A program made the position numbers and the translations under genes. From Cystobasidiomycetes sp. EMM_F5 (lineage: Eukaryota): 64,000 bases of DNA. The DNA is taken from positions 558,001 through 622,000 of the forward strand of contig JBPGPT010000001.1 in NCBI GenBank assembly GCA_051047955.1, read 5' to 3'. Within the stretch, counting starts at the first letter, position 1, and each line of letters begins with the position of its first letter. The notes under the pieces are model-generated. The model was not told the origin of the DNA. It did no database searches and saw only the letters and a program-made list of their open reading frames with translations. Shown here piece by piece: positions 1 to 14,544 of the stretch.

Positions 1-756
1 GCAGTCGTGCGGACAGATCAGCTTGGCGGGGCTCAGTGCAAGGGATGCACGAGAACATGCCCGCTAATGAGGACGTCATCATCGAATCCGTAGATCTTGC
101 CGTGCCATAAACCCCACCCCTCATTGTACCGCTTGGGAACGATAGCCTTCATGAATCCAGACAGAGCCGGAGTGTGGTACAAGCTGATGTGAACTTGTTT
201 TGGGAAAGCTGCGACGAGATTGCTGATCAAGGATGCGCTGGATGCGGATTTTGGAGCTTCCCTTGTCGAACGGAAATAGTCTAGCATGAGATGGACTTGG
301 AGATTCGGGTTCACAGAGAGCGCATTGTGGAGTGCTTGCACCTGTGGAAGGGAAGATCCGTTATCGACATAACCCCCGCTCGAGCGATGCAAAGTAACTC
401 GCCAGCTCAGTCTCCTCCTTGCCGATGTAGAGGGTTGCGAGGAATATCCGCCGTCTTGCCCGCCTTATCCCGTCGATGAGGTATCTGTAAAAGTCGTTTG
501 GAGCGTACAGCACTTTGACTTGTCTGCCGTCTGTACGGAACGAGGGGAGGTCGGGCAGTGAAACTCGAGGGGACGGGGAAGACGATGGAGACGATGGGGC
601 ATCGGGCTGAGCTGCTCGATATACCGACGAGTGCAGCTTCCTTGACGGAGGCGTGTAATAGCATGAGGGAGTCGCAGGCTTCTCTGCATGACGGGGGATG
701 TACCGCCAGCAGAGTGCCCGCAGCTCAGCAGGAAGGGCTTTCAAGACGAACGACAT
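1..756 (-). CDS. PGS1: Phosphatidylglycerophosphate synthase (PLD family), 3' end runs off the window
   Basis: ORFs 361-756 and 33-392 join via intron 342-402. Motifs 'RRRIFLATLYIG', 'SLYHTP' and 'EGWGLWHGKIYGFDDDVLISG' (HxKxxxxD). Basic N-terminal presequence-like segment. Confidence 0.93.
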
Positions 757-1116
757 GGAAGGACGGGCGATGTTTGAGATGGGACACCCGCATCAATATC
801 TAGTCGCTGTGGACATTCTGAGCGTGTTTGTGTAACAAAACACAACAAAGCACCGTCCATTTAAATACACCCAATATTGTATGGAGTAGCTAAACAGGCC
901 ATTACAGCGACATATCGCGATAACTTCTTGCATTCGGCTATCGCAGCATAGCATGTACTACTACCCAATGCGAATCCAAACACCCGCTTTGCGCGCCTTG
1001 GACTGCGGCTTGACGGCGATGCGACTGAGCTGCACTGCAAAGGAACCCCGCTGAGCTGCGCTGAGCTATACCTGACTGGCTATCGTCTGGGTACACTGCT
1101 GCCCGGTGTCCCAAGT

Positions 1117-4100
1117 ATGCCTCTGCCCATGTCGTCGGCAGTAAACACCCATCAGTACGGGCGTGCCTACGAAGACAACAGTCAACAAGTATTAGACGGC
1201 GTGAATGACCGGCAGTACCCGCAGCAGTACTCACAGCAGCAGCAGCAATACGGGCAGTACTCGGGGGATGGGCAGCACGGGAGACCTTCGTATGGCGCGT
1301 CAACCTCGTCGTATAGCAATAACAATGCTGCAAGCCAGAGCGGAAGCAGCAGTAATCACAAGCAGGGAGGATCCTCTCGAAATATAGCTGACAGTAACGG
1401 TAACAACGCATACCCGCGAAGAATCGACGCCGATACGCCAACCCCGTCGACGTCCAACGCTTCGGCCTCGTCTTCCAGTAAACCCCCAATCAACAGCCCA
1501 GAAGAGATTGAGCAGAGCAGAGGGATTGCAAGAGTTCACTATTTCGAGTTCCGGCAGTACTTGGAAATTGAGGGCAGCAGAGGTGAGTTGGCATCGAATG
1601 AATGCACTCTACGCGCCCTGTGCACGTAGAAGTAACAGAGCGCGTAGGCTTAGAGGAAGGTTTACGCTGACTCCCGTGTCGATACCGACAGACCCCGACA
1701 CGCGAGCTGGTGCAAGGGAGAAACTTACGCGATTGACTCGCCAGCAATTTCAGGAACTCAGTACAGACGTATACGACGAGCTCGTGCGAAGGAAAAGGAC
1801 TGGCAACAGTGGTGGTGGTCCAAGTGAGTACATGCACGTCTTTTCTTCCTCGCAGCTCTCGCAACTGACACGTTCCGCATCCCAGATGAGTACCTGCCTG
1901 TCCGGAATGAATTCCATCCGAAACGGAATGCAGCTCGCCAAAAGCTGTCGACTCTGCCAAAAATGCGGTTTCGGGATCTAGCCTCTGACGTATACTACGA
2001 GCTGGAGCGAAGGTATCCTGAATTCAGTCAGCCGGAACGTCCGTACTCTAGCCAGTCTGGGCGTGATTACAACCAGCCTCGATCCATCAATCAGCAACAG
2101 CAGTCATCCTCGTCGTCCCGCTATCAGCAGCAGCAACAGAATGCTGGAGGCTCACACTCCATGGCAAACGAGCATATCGTGCCCAACAAGAGCACTGTAG
2201 TAGAGGAGGATGTAGGAGGGGTACCCCATTCGTCATCACAGAGTACAATCACCGCAACCAACGACAACAATGCGCGAAAGAGACGTAGTGTGGATCCAGG
2301 CCGTGCACCTAGCGCAGCAGGATATAGCGGCAACAATCCTACTCAGCACGATTTACTCTCCCCGACGAGCGAGACGGGTAGCGCCACGGACCAGCCTGCA
2401 AGTCTGAGATCTACTTCTCGACTAGGTAATCGAAAACAGAGCGACAATTCTGCACGAGGCATGCAGGATTCTCCAGACATCAAGCCAAATCATGTGCAGC
2501 AGCAACAGCACTATACGGGAAATGCATCAGGCCTCGCAAGTCCAGATTGGAACGAGTCGTCCGTAACACTTGCTCGCGCTTCCGAGACGAGCAGTATCGG
2601 TGCACGGCTAGTCGGCACATACGGCAACAATGACAATAGAGAATGGGCAAATGACGAGTTGGAGAAAATCAAGAGCGAATATGAGTTCAAGATTGCGACT
2701 CTGCAGAGCAGGATACAAGGACTAGAAAGGGATGCGACAGACGTAGAGGAGAGATGCAAAGACCAGCATACAAGCCGAATACGAAACTTGGAGAATGAGA
2801 TTGACGAGTTACATCGAAGGAATGAGGACACGATTGCCGAGATGGAAGCTCTAAGAACTGATCTCGAGGATGCGAGGCGGCAGGCCAACAAGTCGTCAAA
2901 CGCCCAAGCTACGTCAGGAGAAGCGTCACGGTTAAAGAGCGAGTTGAACGAATTGCAAGAGAAGTACAAGAGCCAATCGGACGCTATGGACAAGTCGCGA
3001 GCAGAGTTTGAAGGACTCGTCGATATGCTCAAGGAAGTCAACATCAGACAGGATGAGCTTGTACGACAGCAAGAAGATGATCATGCGCATATGACGGTGC
3101 TCGAGACGGAAGCTAAAGACTGGAAGAAGCGGTACGAAAACGCAAAGACCGAGTTGAGAAATCTGAAAGGTATGTAGCATTGTTGGCACTCATCAATGGA
3201 GTGGAAGTGACGGGTATCTTGATTGTACAGCCACATCTCAGCTCTTTGTGAAGCCAACGAGGCCCGACGACGATTACATGCCAACATCCCCCGATGGAGC
3301 CATTCTTGACACGCATGTCACAGCCTTCCAGAGTAGTATAGACGATCTACTAATAGGTGGCCGATCTAACGCGCCATCGAGTGTCATCATTGCAACAAAG
3401 CAAGTGATCAATGCTGTCGCCCGAATTGACGAGGACGTACAAGCGTATGAAGCGGCAGGTGCAACGGATCAATTCACTGAAGACGACAGGGACCGACTGA
3501 ATGCGTTGAAGAGCAAATGTAACGCAACGCTCGGTAATCTTACAACAGCAGCCCGCAACCACGCAACAGGACACGGTCTGTCGCCAGTCAGTCTTCTAGA
3601 CGCCGCAGCTAGTCACCTCACCATGACAGTCATTGATCTTGTCCGAATGCTACATATGCGAAAAGCGGGGCAAGGGTATCCGAACGGTACGGATGCTGCA
3701 GACCGCAGCTTCGGTTCGCGGCACCTGAACAGTCAGCCGGTCAATCGCAGCAACAATGCTACCCCGCAACGTCTGCAGGAATTGAGATCGAGAGACACGC
3801 CCTCGCCTAGTGACAACAATCGAGCCTCGCCGGTAATGCGGACCCGCACCGCGAGTGATGAACGAAATCAGAGCGCCGTCACACAATCGCGACAGGCAGG
3901 GCAGATCCCAGCGTCGTCATCGATGCAGTCGGTTGCCTCAGCTCAGATACCCGTCGATCCGCGTCGCGCGGGCATGTATAACGACTCTGCGCCTGCCTTT
4001 TCGCAAGGTCAGACTCAGACGAACAGACAACAGCAGGAGTATAATGATTCGCCCTACGAAAATGCAAAAGCCAACGGTCAACCAAATTATTCAACCGCCT

Positions 4101-4557
4101 CCGAAGGCAGCCATGGTCATTCGCAAGATGCAGACTTGAACGAGCTCAAAGTGAGTTTGGTCTTCTTGCGTAATTGACTGAATCTGACATTCAGATGCTT
4201 CAGAACTATCTTGAAGCACAAACGGAATCTATCGTGCATGCGATTACTGCTCTTTTGGCTGCCATTCGAGGGGGTGCTCCTCAAACAGTCAAGCTCGACG
4301 AGAACCTGTCGCAGATCATCACCATCGTGTCCGCTGTAGTCGGCATACTGCGAGAGAACCTTCCGCAATATCTACAACGTGATGGAGAAACGATTATTCG
4401 TGATTTGTCTGACAATTGCGACAAGTTGGTAGCGCTGCAGGCGAGTGGGGGAGACTCTGGGACATTCTCAAAACAAACCAAGCAGAATATGGCCACGGCA
4501 AGCTTTGGCGTAGCGAAATGCTTGAAGAGCATGAACGGACTTCTTGGAGGCCCTTAA
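1117..4557 (+). CDS. SPA2: Spa2/GIT-like polarity scaffold (Spa2-homology repeats, coiled coil, GIT1_C-like helical domain)
   Basis: SHD repeats 'AREKLTRLTRQQFQELSTDVYDEL' and 'RFRDLASDVYYELERRYPEF', a long coiled coil, and 'LSPVSLLDAAASHL'. Multi-exon. Confidence 0.85.
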
Positions 4558-4762
4558 TTCCGGGGTAATTTGCTGGATCTAGTCTACGCTATGAAGTAGA
4601 AGAGCAGAGATGGAGTGCTTGACAATTGGGTCGTTGACGATATACGAAATCAGTTTACGGATGTGTACAGCAGGGTAGTTTAGTCTGCGGTCTGTTGTTG
4701 GCACAACCAAGAACGTGAAGTTGCCAGGCCTCCTCGTTGATGATGAGTTTGGTCATTCCAAC

Positions 4763-6539
4763 ATGTCAAAGCCATACGATCTTGTCGTCTATGGCGCTTC
4801 CGGCTTCACTGTACGCTACAAGACTCTGCATGTCCTGCAAGCGTTGTCCATCCTAATCTTAGGTCTCGATAGGGTCGTCTCTGCCTGCGGTACCTTGCAA
4901 ATCACCCATCGTCATCGAGCTTCAAGTTTGCAGCAGCGGGACGGTCAGCAGACAAGATAAAGTCGGTTCTAAAGGAGATTGGCGCCCCCGATGTCCCAAT
5001 GTACGATGTGCAATGCAGCTTGCGCGCTGTTGAAAGCTAATTTGGTGGATTGGACAACACAGCATTACGGCTGACGCTGATGACGAAGCTGCGCTCAAGA
5101 AGCTGGCAGACCAGACAAAGGCGGTCATTACAACGGCCGGACCATTTGCCTTGTACGGAAGCAAGCTGGTCAAGGTCTGCTCTGAGAGTGGAGTATGTGC
5201 CTTGGCGTCGTCATACGTCTCCTTCATCCCAGCTGATACGCTACTCTTACAGGTGCACTGCGTTGACTTGACTGGAGAGCCTCTATGGTCTCATCAAATG
5301 CAAACGAAGTACACCGATGCCGCAAAGAAGAGCAAGGCGATTCTCATACATGGCGCAGGCTTCGATTCTGTGCCATCCGAGTGCGTTCTTCCGGTGCGGT
5401 CGAAGTACGGAAAGCTAATTATGGGTTGTATCAAGTCTATCTACGTATCTAGCTGTGCAGGAACTGCGCAAATCGACATCAGCTCCGTGCGGTCTAGTCA
5501 CAGCCGGAGTGAATGCAAAAGGAGGTGCTTCGGGTGGAACAATTACGACTGCGCTAATGGCAGTGGAGGATTCAAGGAAGCCGGAGTTGCGCCGATTATT
5601 CCTAGACCCGTATTGCCTAAGTCCCGGTATGTCGAAAAACTAAACAATACACATAAGTCCCTTCTGATCCCGGTACTTCTCTAGTTCGCGGGAAGCAGAG
5701 GCCGAAACCGTTTCTCACACTCTGGGAAGGCAACAAAGTCGGCGGTGCCTTCATGATGGAGGGAGCCAACGCACCAGTCGTCAGGCGGAGCTGGGGTCTC
5801 TTCCAGCAACAGGCGGAAATGCAACCTGGGAGCTTTTCCTATGGGCCCAATTTTTCGTGAGGCCACTTTGTGACTGCTCTTTGCGTGTCATTGGCTGACA
5901 CAGGCCGAACATCAAGATACCGTGAATATGCGGAGATGCCGAATCGATTCGTGGCTGGCCTTTTCTCGCTAATCTTCTACACAACGATAGTCGCATTAAC
6001 CAAGATAGGTTTTGTGCGTAGAGCGCTGCGAAGCAGCGGTCTGCTCGTGCTGACCTGTTGTCCCTTAGTTACGGCGTCTGGCTTGGAAGCGATTTGCCAT
6101 TGCCGGCTCGGGACCTACAGAAAGCCAAATGACGAATGGCTTCTTCAGACTGACAACGACCGCTCGGTCTGAAGACGAGACGAAATTCTCTCAGTGTATA
6201 ATGAATGGCAAGGGAGATCCAGGTACGGCCGAGTCCCACGAGCGGTGAAGTTTCTTGACCGAAATTGCTTCTTCACCGTGGAACAGGATATCTGGCTACG
6301 TCAGTAATGATCTGCGAAGTAGCGTTAGGTCTAGTGCAAGACTATGACAAGCTTTCAGAAATCGCGAAAGAGGGCGGCCATCTGACGGCAGCGTGAGTAC
6401 ATTGCAGTATATGAACGGAAGGAAGAATGACGATTCGTTCGTCATCAACAGTACTGTATTTGGAGATGTGCTCAAGACGCGACTAGAAAAGACGGGTCGA
6501 TTCACATTCGAAACGAAAATGCTGGATCGAACCTCGTGA
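4763..6539 (+). CDS. Saccharopine dehydrogenase-like oxidoreductase
   Basis: 'YDLVVYGASGFTG' Rossmann start, 'AGPFALYGSKLV', 'VDLTGE', 'GFDSVPSD', 'SGGT', 'GDPGY'. Many short introns. Confidence 0.88.
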
Positions 6540-6641
6540 AGCAGGATTCCAAACTTCGACTGCATTTACTACCTACTGCCAAGTTCAAAGTGTAGAGTAC
6601 GAGTATGTCTATCTCTCGAAGCTGCTCTGACAGTGTATGCA

Positions 6642-7483
6642 TCACGACATACGGTCTTGAGGAGGTGGGAACGGTATCGGGCTTGTGCGGCCAGCCTCTC
6701 CGTACGTCAGCACTCCTACATGAGGCATTATGTTGTATCGCAAAGCAAATGTCGCGTTGAGACCGCTGCGAAGTCGAAGTGAAGGTCAGCAAGCTCTTTA
6801 CTGCAGCGTACGAAGGGCAGCGGTCGCACCTGAAACCCTTCCGCGACATGTCCTTGAATGCATACTTGTTCTTGAGACCTTCGATATTGATCTTTGCGTC
6901 CCTCTTCCTTCGCACAATGCGATCCCATATCACGACTTGATTGTCGAGCTGTAAGAAGTATGCACTCATTAAGCATTAACAATCAGGCGGATGGACGGAT
7001 ACGCACACTCTCTGGGCTACTGTAGTACGCGACAAATTGAACAAAGACTTGTTTCGTGTTCCAATGAAATAGCGGTGTCAGGTCTGTCAGATATTGTGTA
7101 GGTTTGTATCAGGTCTTAGCGTCCACGTCTGCACAAGCTGCAACAAACCTGCTCGAACGTCAAATCTGCGTAGTCAGAAGGTCAGCAGATATCCACATCA
7201 TGTGTGAACCGCGCCTTACTTTGTGAATGCGAAGTCGAGCTGCCCGTCTCTGGCACTTCGACCTTTGACAACCTGAAACTGTGTGACGTCCAGATGCGCT
7301 GGCTTGACTTCCTTTGATATCACGAATGTCGTAAGCGCTACGGAGACGAGCAGTGAAAGCAGAACGGTGGTCCCGAACGCAAACACGCCGTTCAAGCGTG
7401 CCAACGCATTGTGCCTGCATCGCGAATTGGCGTCGGTGGTGAGCATCAAGGACGGCTTAGGCTCATCGCATGACCACTCACAT
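6642..7483 (-). CDS. SPC3: Signal peptidase complex subunit 3 (SPC22/23)
   Basis: Spliced product MHNALARLN-(TM helix)-...-DLTPLFHWNTKQVF...NQVVIWDRIV...NKY...YNIMPHVG. Start codon is split by intron 7415-7481. Confidence 0.9.
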
Positions 7484-7981
7484 CCCAAAGCTTCGCCGTA
7501 TGCGTGCTGACTTCTTGCGACCCGTGGTCTTGCGGTATGTTTAAGCCAAAAGGAACCCGTGCCATGATGTTGTGTCGGGAAGCCGGCTTCCTAAACTTTG
7601 GCTTGCTGATGTGAGCGCCATCACGATGCCAATCTCCCAGTCAGATGTCTATGCACTCCGCTGCAAGTCGTAGGCGGTATGGTAATGATTTCCTGAAATC
7701 TAAATCTACCTCGGCCAGACGTGACGGACGGCTAACCGCGTTTCCAAGCTTCCGGACAACATCAATGTTACTGCACACTAATCATAACAGCAGAAAAGCG
7801 AAATAGCTACGACTTACCCGAGCTCGAAAAGCTTTCAACACTTACGATGAATCTGACTGCACGCATACCCAACTTCTCGTACTTTACCCTTGCCCTTGAT
7901 GGTACTTTTACTTCTTTTGCGTCTATACTGCACAACTGCTTCTGTGTACTCTTCGGGAACTTGCGCCCAATCTATGCGGAG

Positions 7982-10900
7982 TTACAGCTGGACTGAAGAT
8001 ATTTCTTCTATGGTTTCCACAAGCGGAATGTTGCTGATCCGGGCTCTCGATCCAAGTTGCTGATAGAGTGGATGAATGATTCGCCTAGCCGGTAGCATTC
8101 CGTTGTTCGTTCGCTGCTCCTCGCAATCTGCTTTCCAGTTCAGGAGGATCCGCCACGCGACTAGATACGGAAGATCATTGTACCACCATGCACAACTCGA
8201 TGCCTGGTACAATAAACTAGCCTGCAAATCGAACATCAGCCTCTTTATGCTGCAGTGGACGTCTGATGAGCCCTACAGCGACAGTCAGAGTCCATTGATC
8301 GTCCCAGCCGGCCGGTCTTCCATCCGGCAGCTTTCGGAATGCTGTTATCAATTCAAGCCGTTGACTATACTCGTATCTGACGGCATTGGCGAGTGTTCTA
8401 GGTTCCTTAGCAGCAGAATTTTTCGCTTGCATTTTTGCACTCAATGCAGGCTTGTATGCCTTCTGGTAATGCTCCTTGATGCCCTGCCAGACACAGTCAG
8501 CGCAAGCTTTACCTCTGAAGGCCACCTACACTGACTTCAACATGTTTTCGCAGAGTTTGGCAATACTGTTTGGTTACAGGGCACCCTATCGACATCTCGA
8601 CTGCCATACGAGCGGGTTCTAACATGTCGACGTCGCGCAATGTACAGGGCTGCGTTCTGAGAGCAGGCGCGTGGTCGTACCACTGTGTCGCACGTTGTAT
8701 TAGCTGCTCGAAGAAGCTTAAAGACACCGCAGCGGATGGAGTGGACATGAGCTCGATCGGCGAAGAAGCAGAAAAGCTGCTTGACGTTTGTGCTTTAGAA
8801 TGCGGCGAGACTTGCTTCTTTCGACTCCGTAAACGCCGTTGACTAGGTTCATTACCACCAGCTTCTCGAAGGCCTTGATCGATGATTGACTGCTCGTCCG
8901 CTTGGGTTGAGTGAAGCTCCTCCGAGGCAGAGCTGGCATCGCTATCATCGTCCCCATGATCATCGTTGTCCGAAGTCTGCGTATATTCCGCATCGTCGTC
9001 GTCTTCGTAGTTATCGACACAGAAATGTGCCCAAGATTCAACAAGAGTGTCCTCGTCGCTTTCATACTCATTTGGCCTAATATCAACTTTGATCCCGCGA
9101 GTCAGATCAATGTCCATAGAATCATCCTCTTTCGGCAGCGGGGATATCGAGAGGACGCGAAGTTCGGCTGCTATCTCGCCGAAACTCTTTCTGAAGACCC
9201 TTCCAGCTTTAGCAGCATCAAGCGCAAGTGCGAATAGGCGCCCTGAAAGGATAGTTGCGGGATGGAACGCCCCAAGACACCTGCGGGAATGGCAATCAGA
9301 GGAGACACTAAGCAATTTAAATTTGCTGCATCTACTCCTTCATGCTGCTGTTTATCTTGGCAAGGCTCTGATAAACAGTGGCAATAAACAGCGGCCACAG
9401 GAGAATTTTGCTAAGATGGTGGTTGTCGATCCGTAATTTATAGGGAAATTTCTTCGCGGCTGTTCCGCTGAAGAGAGGTACCAAATACTCTAGTTCCGCC
9501 ACGGTACGAAAACGAATACGGGCCGTCTGCTCTTGCTTTCCATTTTCTTTGAATGCGAGCTCAGGAGGCTTTTGAACCATCCAAGTACTTTCGAACCGGA
9601 CAGGATCGGGCAAAATGTCAGCAGGATGATTATTCTCCCAAGCGTCGCATAGCGAGGTATCCCATATTATGTTGCAGCAATCACCTGACATGAACAATGA
9701 TTTACCAGCTTCAGCTTTGACTTATGCGTATATGCAAACGAAATGTGCCGCTTCACACGCACCGTCGTAATCACCGCCGCCTAAAGCAGCCAATAAGGGA
9801 AAATCCAAGCGTGCCTCCGGATTCGTCTTGCTGGAGCATACGATCACGTCGACAAAGTGTTGCAGTTCTGGCACGTCTCTGGCTGTGACCTTTTGAACGT
9901 CGGAAGGCTGTACGCAAGGGGAGCGAGTGACCAAGACTTCGCCTTGTATTACATTTCCCATACGTAAACCTGTGACGGGGTCATGAAACATACCCTGGTA
10001 CGTGGATTCAGACTTTGACTATTTTCATCGTGCATTTTGACTCACATTGGAGAGTTGACAGTAGATTTCACCAGCCTCAAGGCGACCCGACGGATCGATG
10101 CATGCGAACAGGTACCGTGATTTGCCAACGGGTATGCGTAGCTTTTCCGAGTCCTGCTTAATGTCTTGCGCAGTTATGGTTTCCAAGACGCGTATGAACT
10201 CTGGCGTTTTGCGCATTCCGCTGTCCAGCATTTCTATCGCTCGCTCCGCGAAAGATACTGGTCGGCCGCTCTGCGGATCGAACATTGGCTCTGAGCTATC
10301 CGTCAATATGTGACGGTCCTCCACCTCGCATGATACGAAGCGTTCCTTTCGTTCGAGGCCGTGGTCGAGCAGGCGTCGTTCGAAAACCCTTTCGCGAGTT
10401 TCGATCTCTTTGCGAAGCTCAGCATCGCTGCATGTTTTCGAAACTTCGAGCAAGGGTTTTGCAGCGATAGTCATCTGTTGCCGTTGAAGATCCGCAAGTC
10501 TTTCGTGGATAGCCTCGCATTTCGCAACATCCTGTTGCCCAGTCACAAGCGTGTGGATCATTTGTGCTCCTAAACCTTGAGGTGGGCTTGGCGATGACAC
10601 AGCAAGGACCTCGAATTCCCAGGGTGCATTGCTGGGTGCAACGTATTTGACTTGAGACTCGCGGACCTCGATCCAGACGCTCTCGTCCAAGCAGAGAAGT
10701 TCCTTAGGAGGCAACGTCCAGAGACCTGTGCGTAGAGCGTATGTCAGCTACGTAGAATTCAGCATGCCACTTCATCTTCACCTTTGCATCCCTCGATCCT
10801 TGCCTGTGCCGCCACGGGTATATCGTCCAAGGCGAGCGCATCCTTGATACGCTTCGCAAGCTGAAGGGACATGGTAGCATTACCGTCGGACATGACGACT

Positions 10901-12222
10901 TCTGCTGACGAGGGCTCTGGCCAGATTTCCACCTCTGCGCATCGAAACGACATCCCGTTTGTGCGTTCTTTATAGGTCTTGCCGTATCTACAGCTGAGGG
11001 TGAGAGAGCATGCTTCTTCGTGCCCCGCCATTTTACTGAACTTCTTCACGCTGTTTGTCAGCATCCAGTCGTATATGGCGAATTTGTTGGCAGGAGCGTC
11101 GGCGCGAATGGCGTATTGGAAAGATCTGTTCTTGACGTGGCCCATAATGCAGCCTGCATCCATCTTAGTGCGCTTTCTATTTGTGCTGTCAGCTTACTCA
11201 CTGGGAGTGTACTTCAACTTCAATGCTGCGCTCAGTTGCTGCATGCACGCGAAGCTGATGGGCAAAGTGTATGAAGTAATGTCGGGAACCCAACGTACTT
11301 CTTCAACAGGTATTTCGACAAGAGACTTGCTGAGCCACAAGTTGATCCTGGCAGAAAATTTTGCCATTGACATCTCGTCATTTTCGCCATTGCTAAATGG
11401 AATGAGAGTGTTTACAAACGAAGGCAGACTCATGTTGGATATTGGAGGGCCGAGTTCCTTGTCAAATTGTCCATGATGCGTTGCGAAATAAAACAGGCTT
11501 CCATCTTTTTGATGAAAGCAAGAAAACTGCTGTCCCAGGATCTGCAGGGGAAATGGCATAAGAAAGTTCTGCAGTGTATGACTGCCGGTACTGGTCGATC
11601 CGGAAGCTACCCAGAAACTGTCGCCATGCAGCTTAATTCTGATGAGTCTCCTCGCCTCGTTTCGTCGCCAAAGGCGGCGTGAACCGCCGATAGTGGGCGG
11701 AGCCAGTGAGATTGCGATCTTTCCGGCTTTATTGACTTCGAGTATTGCTCTGAAAATCAACACGCCTTTCGCCTCACATTCGTCGTATCCGCCGTGCTGG
11801 TTGAGGGCTGACCAGAACGACTGCGGGGTCCTGAGTGGACACTCGCAGACTGGATACAGTGCCTTCACCAGCTTTTGCAGTACGTCGTACATTTCTTCTC
11901 TGTCACACTGCATCAAAGAGGTGTCGTATCCCGAAAGATGTTCCTCCAAATCTGCAACCTTCAGAGGACCTTGTGGATGGATCCATCTTGCGATCTCCCA
12001 TTGTGCTAGATAATCGAATCGATCTGGTAAAGCGTTGACTGAAGTATCAGCCGGAACCTATTGCAAAACACACAGCAACCCACTATGAAGTTCCATCTGA
12101 AGTTCTTTGCCTACATCGACCACGGAATGCCAGCGTTTCGGACCAGTGCCTACCGTGTGGTATCCTTTGCGGAGAGGATGACCTTCGGCAACGGTCTCCC
12201 ACGAGAGCCATTTGAAATCCAT
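7982..12222 (-). CDS. Cellular RNA-dependent RNA polymerase (RNAi, QDE-1-like); 5' structure uncertain
   Basis: Catalytic GGGDYDG|DCCNIIWD across an intron near 9689-9761. Also 'VLVTRSPCVQPSDVQKV', 'ACIDPSGRLEAGEIY', 'MSDG..MS..LA..I...QARIEGCKGLW' and 'QWEIAR'. Confidence 0.88.
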
Positions 12223-12463
12223 ATTTCATGCTTACAGTCTTTCGAGATGTAGTAGTTCACGTTCTTGCGGAGAGGGCTCTTAGGCAGATAACGAGGAAAG
12301 GGGTACAAGTAGGGCTGGGGTGGATCAAGTGCGTGGATAGTATTAGGGAGCGTGTAGAGAATGGACTGTCCTGATCTCCAGCTGTTCCAACAGAGGCTCT
12401 GTGTTTTTGGAACCACCGGACCTGCCGGTGGACTGTATACACTTTAGCCTCTTGACGCTTCGG

Positions 12464-14363
<1,900 letters not shown>

Positions 14364-14544
14364 CAATGGCTTTAGCCTCACTCGTCTTCCGATCACGCTT
14401 TTTGTCGCGCTCAGACACATCACGTCTAATTGCCGGCCTTTATACTGTTCATCTGGGCCCAACGTCCGCAAACTGAATCCCGCTGGGATAATACTGCGAG
14501 TTGCGTCACTGTGCGCTGCTGCCAGTCGACCCACTTAGGCAACC

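Noticed and set aside
938..3044. Long antisense and alternate-frame ORFs over SPA2 and many other genes
   Set aside because: They are shadows of real coding sequence and have no independent motifs.
7560..7612. ATGATGT...CTGA with the palindrome GGAAGCCGGCTTCC upstream of SPC3
   Set aside because: Imperfect C box, too short, and no supporting terminal stem.
7982..12222. RdRP as an endogenous viral element
   Set aside because: It has the cellular DxDGD double-psi-barrel motif and spliceosomal introns, not a viral GDD palm motif.
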